Source: a virus
Length of the DNA stretch: 64,000 bases
IMG/VR virus record: IMGVR_UViG_3300028030_000005
Coordinates: 1-64,000 of that record
Strand: one strand, 5' to 3'
Of the stretch, positions 28,871-38,492 are shown piece after piece (the first letter of the stretch is position 1; every line of letters starts with the position of its first letter). Made by a program: the position numbers and the translations under genes. The notes beneath the pieces were generated by a model. That model was not told the DNA's origin. It was given only the letters and a program-made list of their open reading frames with translations, and ran no database searches.

Positions 28871-29523
28871 TAAAACATAAAACTTTCTCTAAATGATGAT
28901 TCAGTCTTTGTTTGTGTCGACGTTGCGTTTGACCTCATACTTTTTAGAAAGTAGCGTAGCAATTCTGTATTGGCTTCCACGTCATTAATTGCGCGGTGAG
29001 CATCAATTAATTCGATTCCTGCCTTCTCACACGCAGTTCCGAGTTGATGATTCAAAATATCTCCATCTTGCGGCCAACGTAGTCGTGTCATCCATAATGT
29101 ATCTAACGGCCATCCTTGAAACAAATCGTCGTATTTGATTTTATGAATAGCCAAAAAGTGTTTGAGAAATGGAATGTCAAATTTTTCAATATTATGTCCT
29201 GCAGAAATTGGTTTTCCATTACCATACCGCAAAGGAATGGTGTGTTGTTTGACAAATTGCTGAATTTCCTTCGCGACGGTTTTTGCATCTTTACCAGATT
29301 TGATACGTCTCATAGTTAGTCCGTTATAATCCAATGCCTTCTGAACGTACTCAACGTCAGTTCCATCTGCTTGTTTGTATGGCGCTATAATTGTTTCATA
29401 TCTACCAATTTCGTCAAGAGTTACAGAATTTATCGCTATCATTGCTATCTCAGCAATAGCATTACGCTCTGCTTTAAGACCTCCTGTTTCAAGGTCCCAA
29501 ATAATAATATTTGCTACTTTCAT
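28870..29523 (-). CDS. DEDDh 3'-5' exonuclease (DnaQ-like)
   Basis: WDLETGGL, GHNIEKFD and AHRAINDV. Confidence 0.9.
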   Translation of the reverse strand: MKVANIIIWDLETGGLKAERNAIAEIAMIAINSVTLDEIGRYETIIAPYKQADGTDVEYVQKALDYNGLTMRRIKSGKDAKTVAKEIQQFVKQHTIPLRYGNGKPISAGHNIEKFDIPFLKHFLAIHKIKYDDLFQGWPLDTLWMTRLRWPQDGDILNHQLGTACEKAGIELIDAHRAINDVEANTELLRYFLKSMRSNATSTQTKTESSFRESFMF

Positions 29524-29529
29524 ATGTTT

Positions 29530-29769
29530 TTATTTTACTGTCTTTGAAAAATCTACACGAATAAGCCTGATTCCTACTTTATCGCTATTAATGCGAGTTA
29601 TTGGATGATGTCCGTACGGTTTAGGTAGATATCCTCTACGCAAATATTGTTGAATATCTCCCAGTGTAAACGGCTTTCCTGTTTTCTTTTTACCATACTT
29701 TTCGTTAAGATATTCAACCAACGCACTCGTTGTGAAATCACTATCCTCGTTCAAAATTATTTTACTCAT
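29530..29769 (-). CDS. Small putative DNA-binding protein
   Basis: Basic, helix-turn-helix-like segment FTLGDIQQYLRRGYLP. Confidence 0.5.
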   Translation of the reverse strand: MSKIILNEDSDFTTSALVEYLNEKYGKKKTGKPFTLGDIQQYLRRGYLPKPYGHHPITRINSDKVGIRLIRVDFSKTVK

Positions 29770-29781
29770 ATTGTTCTGTTT

Positions 29782-30318
29782 TTATAAAAATCTAATAGAC
29801 CTATAATCAGCCAGTCTTTGTTTCAATCGGTCAAGTTCTCGGTCTCTTTGTTGTTCAGAATAATAATCGATGGTGACGTTAATATTTTTTACACCCTTGA
29901 TTGATGTGATTTTATCGTCGATATGGTTTATTTTTATTTGAAATATTTGTCTGTTTGTATAGACGTCTGCTTTACAAATGCAGAAAAAATCGTTTGGGTC
30001 GTATAAGCTCCCTGCAATTTCAATTAAGTCTTTATTGCACGGAACAGATTGTTTCTCGTTATCTGTAGGCTCATCGTCGTATAGCTCGTCGTCATCAATC
30101 ACTTCATCGCGAAGCTGATTTATTCGACTCAATAGCTGTTTATCTGACACCAACTTCCAATTGGTTAGTATGTTTGCCAGTTGTGGGTCAGTTAATTGTA
30201 ATCTACTGATAATCTTGTATATGATATCGACATCTGATTTACTTATCGGAAACACACCTCGTTCATCAGATGACTGGTCATATTCGTTTGCTATATAATC
30301 AAGATGACTTAATTTCAC
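29782..30318 (-). CDS. Hypothetical protein (178 aa)
   Basis: ORF track. Confidence 0.6.
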   Translation of the reverse strand: MKLSHLDYIANEYDQSSDERGVFPISKSDVDIIYKIISRLQLTDPQLANILTNWKLVSDKQLLSRINQLRDEVIDDDELYDDEPTDNEKQSVPCNKDLIEIAGSLYDPNDFFCICKADVYTNRQIFQIKINHIDDKITSIKGVKNINVTIDYYSEQQRDRELDRLKQRLADYRSIRFL

Positions 30319-30799
30319 TTTTCATTACTTTTAGTTCATAATATTCAATGTCCAATTCTTTGATTGATTGCTTTACCAATTCTCCATCCAATAATTCATC
30401 GTACTTTCCTGCTTCTGCTTTTGTATGACACCCTACTATTCCATCTCCATCCATACAGTGAATGTGTATGTTTTTCTTAACGGTGGTCAAATCAGGACGT
30501 CGACTCCGCGGAATCAAATGACTGAAACTCAATCGCTCAGTTGTTCCACATCCTTGACACACCATTCCTCTTTCATCTGCTATTTCACGAATTATCTCCG
30601 CGTATTTTTTGTCTTTTATCCTTTGCTTAGTCGAATTACTCAACTTTTTTATTTTAAGCGTTTTTTGATGTGGATTTTTTGTTTTTTGTAATCGTTCTTG
30701 ATTCTTTTGATGACACAAATAATGTGTTTTGTTAACGATTAGCCGCTTCTCTCCACAATCACACTGACTGCAATGGTCTATTATTGTTTTTCCTAACAT
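30299..30799 (-). CDS. HNH/NinG-like zinc-finger endonuclease
   Basis: CQGC...SHLIPRS...NIHIHC...CH. Confidence 0.7.
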   Translation of the reverse strand: MLGKTIIDHCSQCDCGEKRLIVNKTHYLCHQKNQERLQKTKNPHQKTLKIKKLSNSTKQRIKDKKYAEIIREIADERGMVCQGCGTTERLSFSHLIPRSRRPDLTTVKKNIHIHCMDGDGIVGCHTKAEAGKYDELLDGELVKQSIKELDIEYYELKVMKSEIKSS

Positions 30800-31346
30800 A
30801 TCTATCTATATATATCGCCTTGTAATTTTGTCGCAATAATTCTTTGCACTGCTTTCTGAATCTACACGTTTGACATAGACCACTTCTCTTATCGTAGAGA
30901 GTCGTCATTTCAATACAATTAGCGAATCCTTTATTTGTATTATGAAATCGCACACGTTCAATGTCATCATATGTAGTTGATGATTGCTGTTTTTTACGAA
31001 ATTGATATAGGATGTCATCTCCAATATCAAACTGTTTTAAAGATAATTTTGCATTGTACCAGTTAAATTTGTCGGAGCGAGAGAAATATCGTTGCAATGA
31101 TTTCTTTGCAAAAATTTTCTTAGCAGACATTCTATTGCCGTGATGAACATTCTTGCTTTTCCAATAATCAAATTGGAAAATTAAATAATTGTAAATCCAT
31201 TCAGCAGATATCGAATTTAAGTTGATTTTCTTATGAACTTCTATTAAAAAATCAACTATTAAATTATCATCTATAACAGCGTTGCTGTTATAATATCTGC
31301 GAATAAACTCCCCGTACATTTGCCTTACAATCATTCGTAATTTCAT
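30759..31346 (-). CDS. Hypothetical protein with a C-terminal Cys cluster
   Basis: C...CQTC...C; likely start MKLRM at 31346, just after a promoter. Confidence 0.6.
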   Translation of the reverse strand: MKLRMIVRQMYGEFIRRYYNSNAVIDDNLIVDFLIEVHKKINLNSISAEWIYNYLIFQFDYWKSKNVHHGNRMSAKKIFAKKSLQRYFSRSDKFNWYNAKLSLKQFDIGDDILYQFRKKQQSSTTYDDIERVRFHNTNKGFANCIEMTTLYDKRSGLCQTCRFRKQCKELLRQNYKAIYIDRYVRKNNNRPLQSV

Positions 31347-31351
31347 ATTCG

Positions 31352-31385
31352 TAAATATACGATGATTATCTTTTATTTGCAACAG
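31352..31385 (-). promoter_or_regulatory. Bacteroidota-type promoter at the start of the replication module
   Basis: Minus strand CTGTTG-N20-TATATTTA containing AAAAGATA; related to the 47-bp repeat. Confidence 0.65.
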
Positions 31386-31390
31386 GGATA

Positions 31391-32296
31391 TTATGATTCG
31401 TCGAAAATCAAAGAAGTTTTTTCTAACGTTTCGTCAAAAATGTTGTTTTGATGAAAGTTAGTAACAATCTTAAAAGTAGTGTTGTCGGTAGAAGTTGGGG
31501 GATTGACTGGAACATTTGTCAATATTTCGACCTCCAATACTTGTGGATTTCCTAATGCAGTTACTTTGATTTCTCCCCGAGACTCTACGATGGTTTTTAA
31601 CTGCTGGACAGTTTTATCTCTCGCGCGCTCTTTATTGATTTCATCATCTACAACTATTTTTATTGGCTCTCTGAATTCAAAAGTGCGAATATCTGTAGGG
31701 TCAGTTGTGTAGTAGATAGCATATTTACTATTTTCTGTATCAAAAAACCATTGACTTGATGTGAATTGTGATTTTATTTTTACTGTAAACTTGTGATTTT
31801 CTATCGGAGTGTCGGCGCTCATAACATCGCAATTCATAGTCTGTCTGACCTTACTTACGTTGATATATCTACTTATCCATAACACTACATAAGATTGTGG
31901 CTGTACCGTAATATATACAGCATTGTCGTTGGTTCGATTGTCTATCCAACTCGCATTGACTGGTAATTGATTGGCACTATCAATTTTTTCTACATATTGC
32001 TCTCCACAATCTGTTGTTGCTGGTAGAGCAAATGCCATTTTGTAGCTTGTGATTGGATTAGCTGAATCGTTTGTATAGTAGATTTTGTATGTTTTTGTAA
32101 TGTCACTATCATTGTACAATGCAACTGCTTTAGTTTCAACCTGTGGATTTTGCAATGCTCTTTGAGATAGTGATGAGAATAATGCTCCAACCGTATCATT
32201 CGCTACTTCACTACTTGAAATATATCCTCCTAACGAAAGTCGTGGGTCTGTTTGGGTATCTTTAAAATTGTTTGCACCTGTATAGTATAGCTTCAT
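31391..32296 (-). CDS. Putative virion structural protein
   Basis: End of the tail module; MKLYYTGA...SLGGYISSS N-terminus. Confidence 0.5.
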   Translation of the reverse strand: MKLYYTGANNFKDTQTDPRLSLGGYISSSEVANDTVGALFSSLSQRALQNPQVETKAVALYNDSDITKTYKIYYTNDSANPITSYKMAFALPATTDCGEQYVEKIDSANQLPVNASWIDNRTNDNAVYITVQPQSYVVLWISRYINVSKVRQTMNCDVMSADTPIENHKFTVKIKSQFTSSQWFFDTENSKYAIYYTTDPTDIRTFEFREPIKIVVDDEINKERARDKTVQQLKTIVESRGEIKVTALGNPQVLEVEILTNVPVNPPTSTDNTTFKIVTNFHQNNIFDETLEKTSLIFDES

Positions 32297-32607
32297 TTCT
32301 TTTGCTTTTGTTTTTCAATTTGTTCTGGAATAAAATCTGCGACAACGTCGTCGATACTGAATGAATGATTGATTGATTCACTGCCATACTTCACGACATC
32401 AATATTACCATCAATATATCTGATTAGTGTGTTTGAATTCTTATAACTTAGAGTGGCAAACATATCAATTAATAGCATCGCGTCTGAAACTTGAAACGTC
32501 ACTCCATCTATAATAATTTCATTCGAATCTACTTGAATTTGTTCGATATTATTAATCAACGTTGCTGATTCGCCGCCTTCTGTAATTTTGTAATAAAACG
32601 ATATCAT
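32293..32607 (-). CDS. Hypothetical protein (104 aa)
   Basis: ORF track; coupled to the tail fibre gene. Confidence 0.55.
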   Translation of the reverse strand: MISFYYKITEGGESATLINNIEQIQVDSNEIIIDGVTFQVSDAMLLIDMFATLSYKNSNTLIRYIDGNIDVVKYGSESINHSFSIDDVVADFIPEQIEKQKQKK

Positions 32608-34490
32608 AGTTTCATAATTTTTCTGAGCACCATATATGGTTGTAGATTTTGATGACCTTGACCACCTCCACCGAGATTGACGGTGATATCTATTGTTTCG
32701 TATGACGTTTCATTGTCGTATGTTCCGTCATAGTTTTCTCCTTGACGCGCTACGTCGTGACTATTTCCAGTAGCGTTTGATGTATCCATAGCTCCGTGTC
32801 TGTGCGGATTTTGGTCGATATCTAATTCATAATTAGGTAAGTGGTCTCTCGTCAGGACTACTTTTTTAGTACCTCCCGTTTGTTTGAGAACGTGAAAATC
32901 GTTGTCTGCTGTCTTGAGTCCAACTGATACTCTACCACGTAGGTCTGGTGCGTGTGTACCATCAAAGATACTACCTGGTGCGTTGATTAAATCTCCATTA
33001 CACTCTACCCATCCATCCGGAATGTCTGCTGATTCTCCATTGAAATCCCAGATTACTCCCGGAAATACAACACGAGATAATACGTTGAAAAAGCTATTAT
33101 TTGATTGTTGAATATTAATCTCTCCGTCTGATGACGAATAATACTGAATCTGACCGGTCTGTAAGTATCCGTCGTCATCAAAACTTTGTTCGGTATAATA
33201 ATCGTTATCCTGAATCTTTCTCCATTGAGATACTTTTTTGCCATCTATTAGTCTGTATTCTACAATAAAATCTCCAGGTGGTAATTCAATGTATCCCAAT
33301 CCTTGAAATCCTAAAAATAGATTTCTATAATAAAAGTTTTTGGTCTTATGCTTTATCTTTATATCTATCAAAGCTAATGGCGCAATCACAATATTTCCGG
33401 AAGTCTCATACTCACTCTGATACTCTAATTCAAGTTCTACAACACCTGAATTTAGTTGAGCGCTGATTATTTTCGCAGATTGTCCGTTTTCAAACACAAC
33501 ATAGTGGCCGACAACCTGATTTACGTCAAACATTCCGATTGTCTTCCACGTTCCTCCAGACCCACCATACAATCTTAATATTCTTGTTGCAGGATTCATA
33601 CTCCAACTGTCACTAAAAAAAGCAAATTCTAACTTAATAACACTACTATCAATTGGTCCTGGAGTGTGTTTGAATTTAGCTTCAGTCACTGTAATCATCG
33701 GACTCTGTTCATTGAGAGTATTTATCGTATCAGTTTCTTTTGATAGAAAGGCAAATATATTTCTTATTCTCAAATCAACAATTGTAAGATTGCCAGCATT
33801 ATTAGTAACTTTTGCTAATAAAAATTCCTTACCATCGATAACAACATCACTTGCACGTAGTTCTACTTGATAGTGGTCATTGATGAATGGGAACTCATCA
33901 CTAACTGATTGAATCGTTCCTGGAGTGAATGTTCCTATGATTCGATACTTTTGAGATTGTTCGTTTTGTAAGATATCGGCAGCAACATTTAACGCTGCTA
34001 TTGTATCTGACTGTACGGATTGTATTATGTACTTGCCAGTATTCTTTGTTGAGTACGGAAAGTCTATTACAGATGCAAAGTTTGGCAATCCTCTCAGTCG
34101 CTCTGTAAACTGCGTCGACGTTCCCATTATCGTGCCATCTTGCTGAATGTCAACTAATCCTTGCTCTATTGACGTTTGTTTATAAGAAACTACCACATAT
34201 CTTGGAATGTTGTCAGGTGGTACTGTCAAAACGTCAACTAAGTCTTGTTTGATATCTATAACGTTAAGCTCGTCGTCGATGGCAATTCCTGCTCTCACAG
34301 TCAGTTTTCCCAGAGCAGAATCGACTACCTGTAAATTCTCAAAACTTTGCGAATGATATGGCTTAACTACTCCATATGACGATATCATCTGTTTTAATAT
34401 CTTTTCATATCCTTCGTATTTTACAGAATTAATCAAATGTTTTATTTCTTGCAGACCTAAAAATAGGTCGTTTGAAAGTTTTAGATTCAT
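32604..34490 (-). CDS. Baseplate/tail fibre protein with a tail-collar domain
   Basis: PGVIWDFNG...IPDGWVECNG...PDLRGRVSVG...HQNLQPY..L.KIMKL collar signature. Confidence 0.8.
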   Translation of the reverse strand: MNLKLSNDLFLGLQEIKHLINSVKYEGYEKILKQMISSYGVVKPYHSQSFENLQVVDSALGKLTVRAGIAIDDELNVIDIKQDLVDVLTVPPDNIPRYVVVSYKQTSIEQGLVDIQQDGTIMGTSTQFTERLRGLPNFASVIDFPYSTKNTGKYIIQSVQSDTIAALNVAADILQNEQSQKYRIIGTFTPGTIQSVSDEFPFINDHYQVELRASDVVIDGKEFLLAKVTNNAGNLTIVDLRIRNIFAFLSKETDTINTLNEQSPMITVTEAKFKHTPGPIDSSVIKLEFAFFSDSWSMNPATRILRLYGGSGGTWKTIGMFDVNQVVGHYVVFENGQSAKIISAQLNSGVVELELEYQSEYETSGNIVIAPLALIDIKIKHKTKNFYYRNLFLGFQGLGYIELPPGDFIVEYRLIDGKKVSQWRKIQDNDYYTEQSFDDDGYLQTGQIQYYSSSDGEINIQQSNNSFFNVLSRVVFPGVIWDFNGESADIPDGWVECNGDLINAPGSIFDGTHAPDLRGRVSVGLKTADNDFHVLKQTGGTKKVVLTRDHLPNYELDIDQNPHRHGAMDTSNATGNSHDVARQGENYDGTYDNETSYETIDITVNLGGGGQGHQNLQPYMVLRKIMKL

Positions 34491-36034
34491 AATAAATTTA
34501 ATTTTGTTGTCATTCTATATGGTAACAGAGTATTGTTCATCACTTCCTGCAAACACACTTCATTCAACGAAGCATTGTTTTTTATCCACGCCTCAATGAA
34601 TGGATTATTGGTTGCTTTAGAATAGGCTGTTTTTAGCGGCTTAAACTCTACATTACGAACTTGTATTTTTGAATCAGCATCAGCATCGAGTAAAATTTCA
34701 ACAAACGTTTTAACAGCATCTATGTGCTGTTTTAAATTACTTCCGTAACCAATACTCGGAACTGCCGTAGATGGGTCTGTTTGAATTGCGATATCAGCTC
34801 CCCACAATATTACCCTAACTTCATACCAATTTTCTAACTTTGCAAATTTCATTTGGTCAATTGCTATGTTAGATAGCCCTCCTTGAATAGATGCAGGATT
34901 CACGTCGTTATTCAATACATCTTTTGACCACATTTTAACGGTGAGCCTTGAATTATTGTCTAACGCCCTTACTTGAAATTGCAGTTGGTAGCTTAGTAAA
35001 CTGTCTGTCGTTGTCCAGAACTTGTTAGCTGTCGCACTATCAATAGAAATTCCTTTGGCAGGACCTCCGGCTTGTTGTTTTATATTCAAAATAGCATCCA
35101 TTTCGTTTGGTTGCCAATCTACGTCACAAAAACTCTCATCTATTGGAAAGTTTGCTCCATCTGCTCTATCTCTGTATAGTTGAAACAGCTTTACGTAGTC
35201 ACGGTTATTTTCAATTCCTTTATATAAAGGACTGTGATGATTCAACCACCATCCTGTATTGTGTCCTTTATTGATTGCTATTAAAAATTCATCGTAATCT
35301 TGTTTGTTGATGATTCGAAACAATTCGTCAGTGAAACGACGCGTTCCTCTATAATTATATTGACGAAATCTGTTTTTTGATAGAGTTTGTAATCTCGTTA
35401 AGTCAACATCTCCTGTATTTATGTCCCTAACTTGTAGGTATTTTCGAAGTAATGTAGAATCGTTGTTTGTTTTTTCGAAATATCTCGCATATATAACAAA
35501 CATTGCGTAGTAACACGCGATACTACGCCAAAAATCAATGTAGTCTCTATCCTCGTCATTTTGGTTTTGATTGGTGTTACGAGTCATTGCTTTCATTACA
35601 ATTCCCGGTTGATAAAGCTTGTTTGTTACGTTAAGACACCAATCTAATATATCGGGCTGACAACAAGTGAATACAGATGAAAATACAGATGAGTTGAAAC
35701 TATCACCACACTCTCTTTCTATCGATTGATATTCAATTGTTGTATAATCCCAACGAATTGTTCCTGATGCAGAACCTTCTCTGGTGTATCGAAATTCGAT
35801 ATCAAAATCAAATTGTGGTTGAATAGGTATGTCTTGTAACGATTGCTGAGTTAGTGACTGAAACTCTGTCCAGTTTATTCCATCAATTGTATAGCGAAAT
35901 TCGCGACGCAACGTATGTGTAGCATCTTCTCCTATCACAGATTCAGTATATCCTGTGATAGATTGAATACCACTCGTTGGATGGTCGAGTTTGAACAGTC
36001 TTATATCTCCTACGTTAACAAATACGTTATTCAT
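34487..36034 (-). CDS. Putative baseplate wedge / tail protein
   Basis: Position between the baseplate J region and the fibre gene; likely start MNNVF at 36034. Confidence 0.55.
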   Translation of the reverse strand: MNNVFVNVGDIRLFKLDHPTSGIQSITGYTESVIGEDATHTLRREFRYTIDGINWTEFQSLTQQSLQDIPIQPQFDFDIEFRYTREGSASGTIRWDYTTIEYQSIERECGDSFNSSVFSSVFTCCQPDILDWCLNVTNKLYQPGIVMKAMTRNTNQNQNDEDRDYIDFWRSIACYYAMFVIYARYFEKTNNDSTLLRKYLQVRDINTGDVDLTRLQTLSKNRFRQYNYRGTRRFTDELFRIINKQDYDEFLIAINKGHNTGWWLNHHSPLYKGIENNRDYVKLFQLYRDRADGANFPIDESFCDVDWQPNEMDAILNIKQQAGGPAKGISIDSATANKFWTTTDSLLSYQLQFQVRALDNNSRLTVKMWSKDVLNNDVNPASIQGGLSNIAIDQMKFAKLENWYEVRVILWGADIAIQTDPSTAVPSIGYGSNLKQHIDAVKTFVEILLDADADSKIQVRNVEFKPLKTAYSKATNNPFIEAWIKNNASLNEVCLQEVMNNTLLPYRMTTKLNLL

Positions 36035-36035
36035 A

Positions 36036-36173
36036 TTACCACTTACCAATTAAGTTTTTTTCATCATCACTATAATAAGGATACGAATTGCCTTGATGAA
36101 TAGTGTGAGTAACTGATTGAATTGTCTTTACTAATACATAAGCAACTATAAAAATTAAAAATAACTTCCCCAT
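36036..36173 (-). CDS. Small single-pass membrane protein (45 aa, below the ORF-track cutoff)
   Basis: MGKLFLIFIVAYVLVKTIQS...LIGKW read by hand; fills the gap exactly and follows a promoter repeat. Confidence 0.55.
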   Translation of the reverse strand: MGKLFLIFIVAYVLVKTIQSVTHTIHQGNSYPYYSDDEKNLIGKW

Positions 36174-36196
36174 ATGTAATTTTTGTGTAAACTTAC
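36170..36196 (-). repeat. 27-bp exact repeat containing a TAAGTTTA -7-like element and ATG, copy A
   Basis: ccatatgtaatttttgtgtaaacttac, identical to 41752-41778. Confidence 0.8.
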
Positions 36197-36978
36197 AATT
36201 TTTTCATCAAATTCCGATATATTATCGGATAGTTTTGTCGGAAACGGTCATCAATTCGTTTTTTCCATACATCTTTGTACTTAGAAATTCCGTATAAATG
36301 AACATATCCTTTCTCAATAGCTTGTTGATTTTGTTGTTCAAGTGTGTGTCCTGGCAATAATACATCGACGCTCCATTGATTTTGTTGAGATAAACACGCC
36401 AACAAGTACTGTTCGATTATAATATTGGGCTCTGACATTTGTTTGGCTACTGATTTTAATTGATTCATCCAAACATTGTAATTTTCGATATAAACGGTTT
36501 TTTTATTTGAATCAGCGAATCCTACCACGCCGTGATTAAAACTGTAATCTAACATAGTGAAAAACGGTAATTCTTGTAAATGATGAGCTATTCTATTCAA
36601 CTGAGAGAGATAGTGTTTATTGAATTGCTGTTTTTCAACTCTTTCTACAATAATTCTATCAAAATCAGGTAGTGGTTTAGATAGAAATACGTCTCCGTCA
36701 ATATGAATAAATTTACCTTGTGTTCGTTCAATCGCTTCTATTTTCGAAGTTGTCCAAAATAAATTATTTGGTGGATTGTTTAGTGTTTTTATATCAGCAG
36801 GAAGCGAATCAAATAAAAACGCATCACTATCTGATATGTATAACTCAATGTCGTGAAATCTACTCGCTTGTAATATAGATAGCTGAAACATTTTAATTGT
36901 CTCGATATATTTATCACCTTGATTCCATCTCCCTTGTCGGATTGGTTGTGTGTGTAAACTGTAAACTAACTTTCCCAA
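36193..36978 (-). CDS. GT-A-fold glycosyltransferase-like protein (DUF6734-like)
   Basis: FWTTSKIEAI, FIHIDGDVFL (DxD), FNHGVVG, IIIEQYLL and YVHLYG. Confidence 0.7.
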   Translation of the reverse strand: MGKLVYSLHTQPIRQGRWNQGDKYIETIKMFQLSILQASRFHDIELYISDSDAFLFDSLPADIKTLNNPPNNLFWTTSKIEAIERTQGKFIHIDGDVFLSKPLPDFDRIIVERVEKQQFNKHYLSQLNRIAHHLQELPFFTMLDYSFNHGVVGFADSNKKTVYIENYNVWMNQLKSVAKQMSEPNIIIEQYLLACLSQQNQWSVDVLLPGHTLEQQNQQAIEKGYVHLYGISKYKDVWKKRIDDRFRQNYPIIYRNLMKKL

Positions 36979-38492
36979 TTTCCTAATACTTGTGAATCGT
37001 TATTATAGTAACAATCAGCGTCTGATTTTATTTGCATATCTATCTGAGCAACATTGCTCCACGCTTGTCCGTCACTTGCTTGATAGTCAAAAATATATTC
37101 TCTCAAATCGTCAGAATCTGATTGATATGAAATGTCGTCAATTTGAGATGTCGTGAATTCTTGTCCAGAAACAATCGGTGTATTGTTGTATAATAACTGT
37201 CCTGCTGCTGGTAGTGTATTAAATCTTATTTTAGCCAACGAATCGCCATCTTGGTCGTCAAATTCGTCGATAAATAATTGTTGATAAAAATCGAACGTTG
37301 AATTTGGACACATTTGGATTGCAAAATCGCCTGCTTCCGGTGGATGATTTACGTGAGCAACATCGATATTGATTTCTCCCATATTACTTGTTAGTGGTAG
37401 TATCTCACAACTATCTATAATCCTAAAATTGAACTGTGCATATCCATTGCCATACGTATCTTGTTCTGGAATAAATCTCAATAACAAGTTGTTTGTTGGG
37501 TCGATTATTATTTGCTGTCCTACAGAAACCGGCAAGCTATTGTATTCTAAATTCCCTCTATTTGGTAACGACTCTATTATGATTATGTGCGGCAAGTCTC
37601 CGTCTGCATCAATAAATATACCTGTCCAGAATTGATAAGAAAATTCAAAAATGCTGTTTTCATAAATAGCTCTACTTGTACTGGTCACGCTTGGCTTGTT
37701 GTTTGAGTTTATTCTCAGCGTAACTGCGTTACTATACATTGCAGATGTATCATCTGTCACTGCAAATTGAAAGCTGTCTGAAGGACGTCCTATTTGCAGG
37801 GGATGAGATTCATATATCAAATCTCCGCTTTCTATTTGGCTGATTAGTATTTCGTCACCTACATTACACAATATTCCTGCTAACGACAATTCATTGGTAG
37901 GTAGTGTTATTAATTTTATTTTAGTAGGCAGGTTGTTTTGTAAATCAACGTAATTTTGCAAAAAATCTAATTTATTAAACTGATATAAAGTATCAGATTC
38001 AATACAAACATCATTATCACTAATTTGTGGTGGAGTGTTAGCGCGAACATAAACTGTTACTACTGCCTGATTCGACCAGCGATTTGGATTTCCTCCTGAA
38101 TCGGCTATTTGAATAGTAAATTCGTCGTGCGGCATTCCGTATGTATTTGGATTTGGAATGTAGGTAAGGTTGTCTAAATCGTCGTAAGGAATAACCTGAT
38201 TTAATACAACGTCAATATTATTGTATTGAAGCGTTCCTCGAGTAGGTAGCGACGTTATTCTAATTTGCACAATCTGCTCTCCGGCTTGTAGTCCTGAAGT
38301 TGCATTGTCTATCAACGATTCATTAAAATCAAATTCATCGTTCCATTGCATTACAAACCAAAAATCACTCAACGTTGGTGGTGTATTGTGTGTTGTGCTG
38401 TTAGTTGATAAAATCGTTATCGTATCGCCGTTAATTAGCGACGAATATTCAGTTAACGTTTCGTTTATGTGTGTGAGATTTATATAGCTCAT
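36966..38492 (-). CDS. Protein with four tandem cadherin/Ig-like repeats
   Basis: About 115-aa repeats starting NTPP/NTPP/NNKP/NHPP, with DxDGD and I..LP..G.L.YN motifs. Confidence 0.75.
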   Translation of the reverse strand: MSYINLTHINETLTEYSSLINGDTITILSTNSTTHNTPPTLSDFWFVMQWNDEFDFNESLIDNATSGLQAGEQIVQIRITSLPTRGTLQYNNIDVVLNQVIPYDDLDNLTYIPNPNTYGMPHDEFTIQIADSGGNPNRWSNQAVVTVYVRANTPPQISDNDVCIESDTLYQFNKLDFLQNYVDLQNNLPTKIKLITLPTNELSLAGILCNVGDEILISQIESGDLIYESHPLQIGRPSDSFQFAVTDDTSAMYSNAVTLRINSNNKPSVTSTSRAIYENSIFEFSYQFWTGIFIDADGDLPHIIIIESLPNRGNLEYNSLPVSVGQQIIIDPTNNLLLRFIPEQDTYGNGYAQFNFRIIDSCEILPLTSNMGEINIDVAHVNHPPEAGDFAIQMCPNSTFDFYQQLFIDEFDDQDGDSLAKIRFNTLPAAGQLLYNNTPIVSGQEFTTSQIDDISYQSDSDDLREYIFDYQASDGQAWSNVAQIDMQIKSDADCYYNNDSQVLGNWES

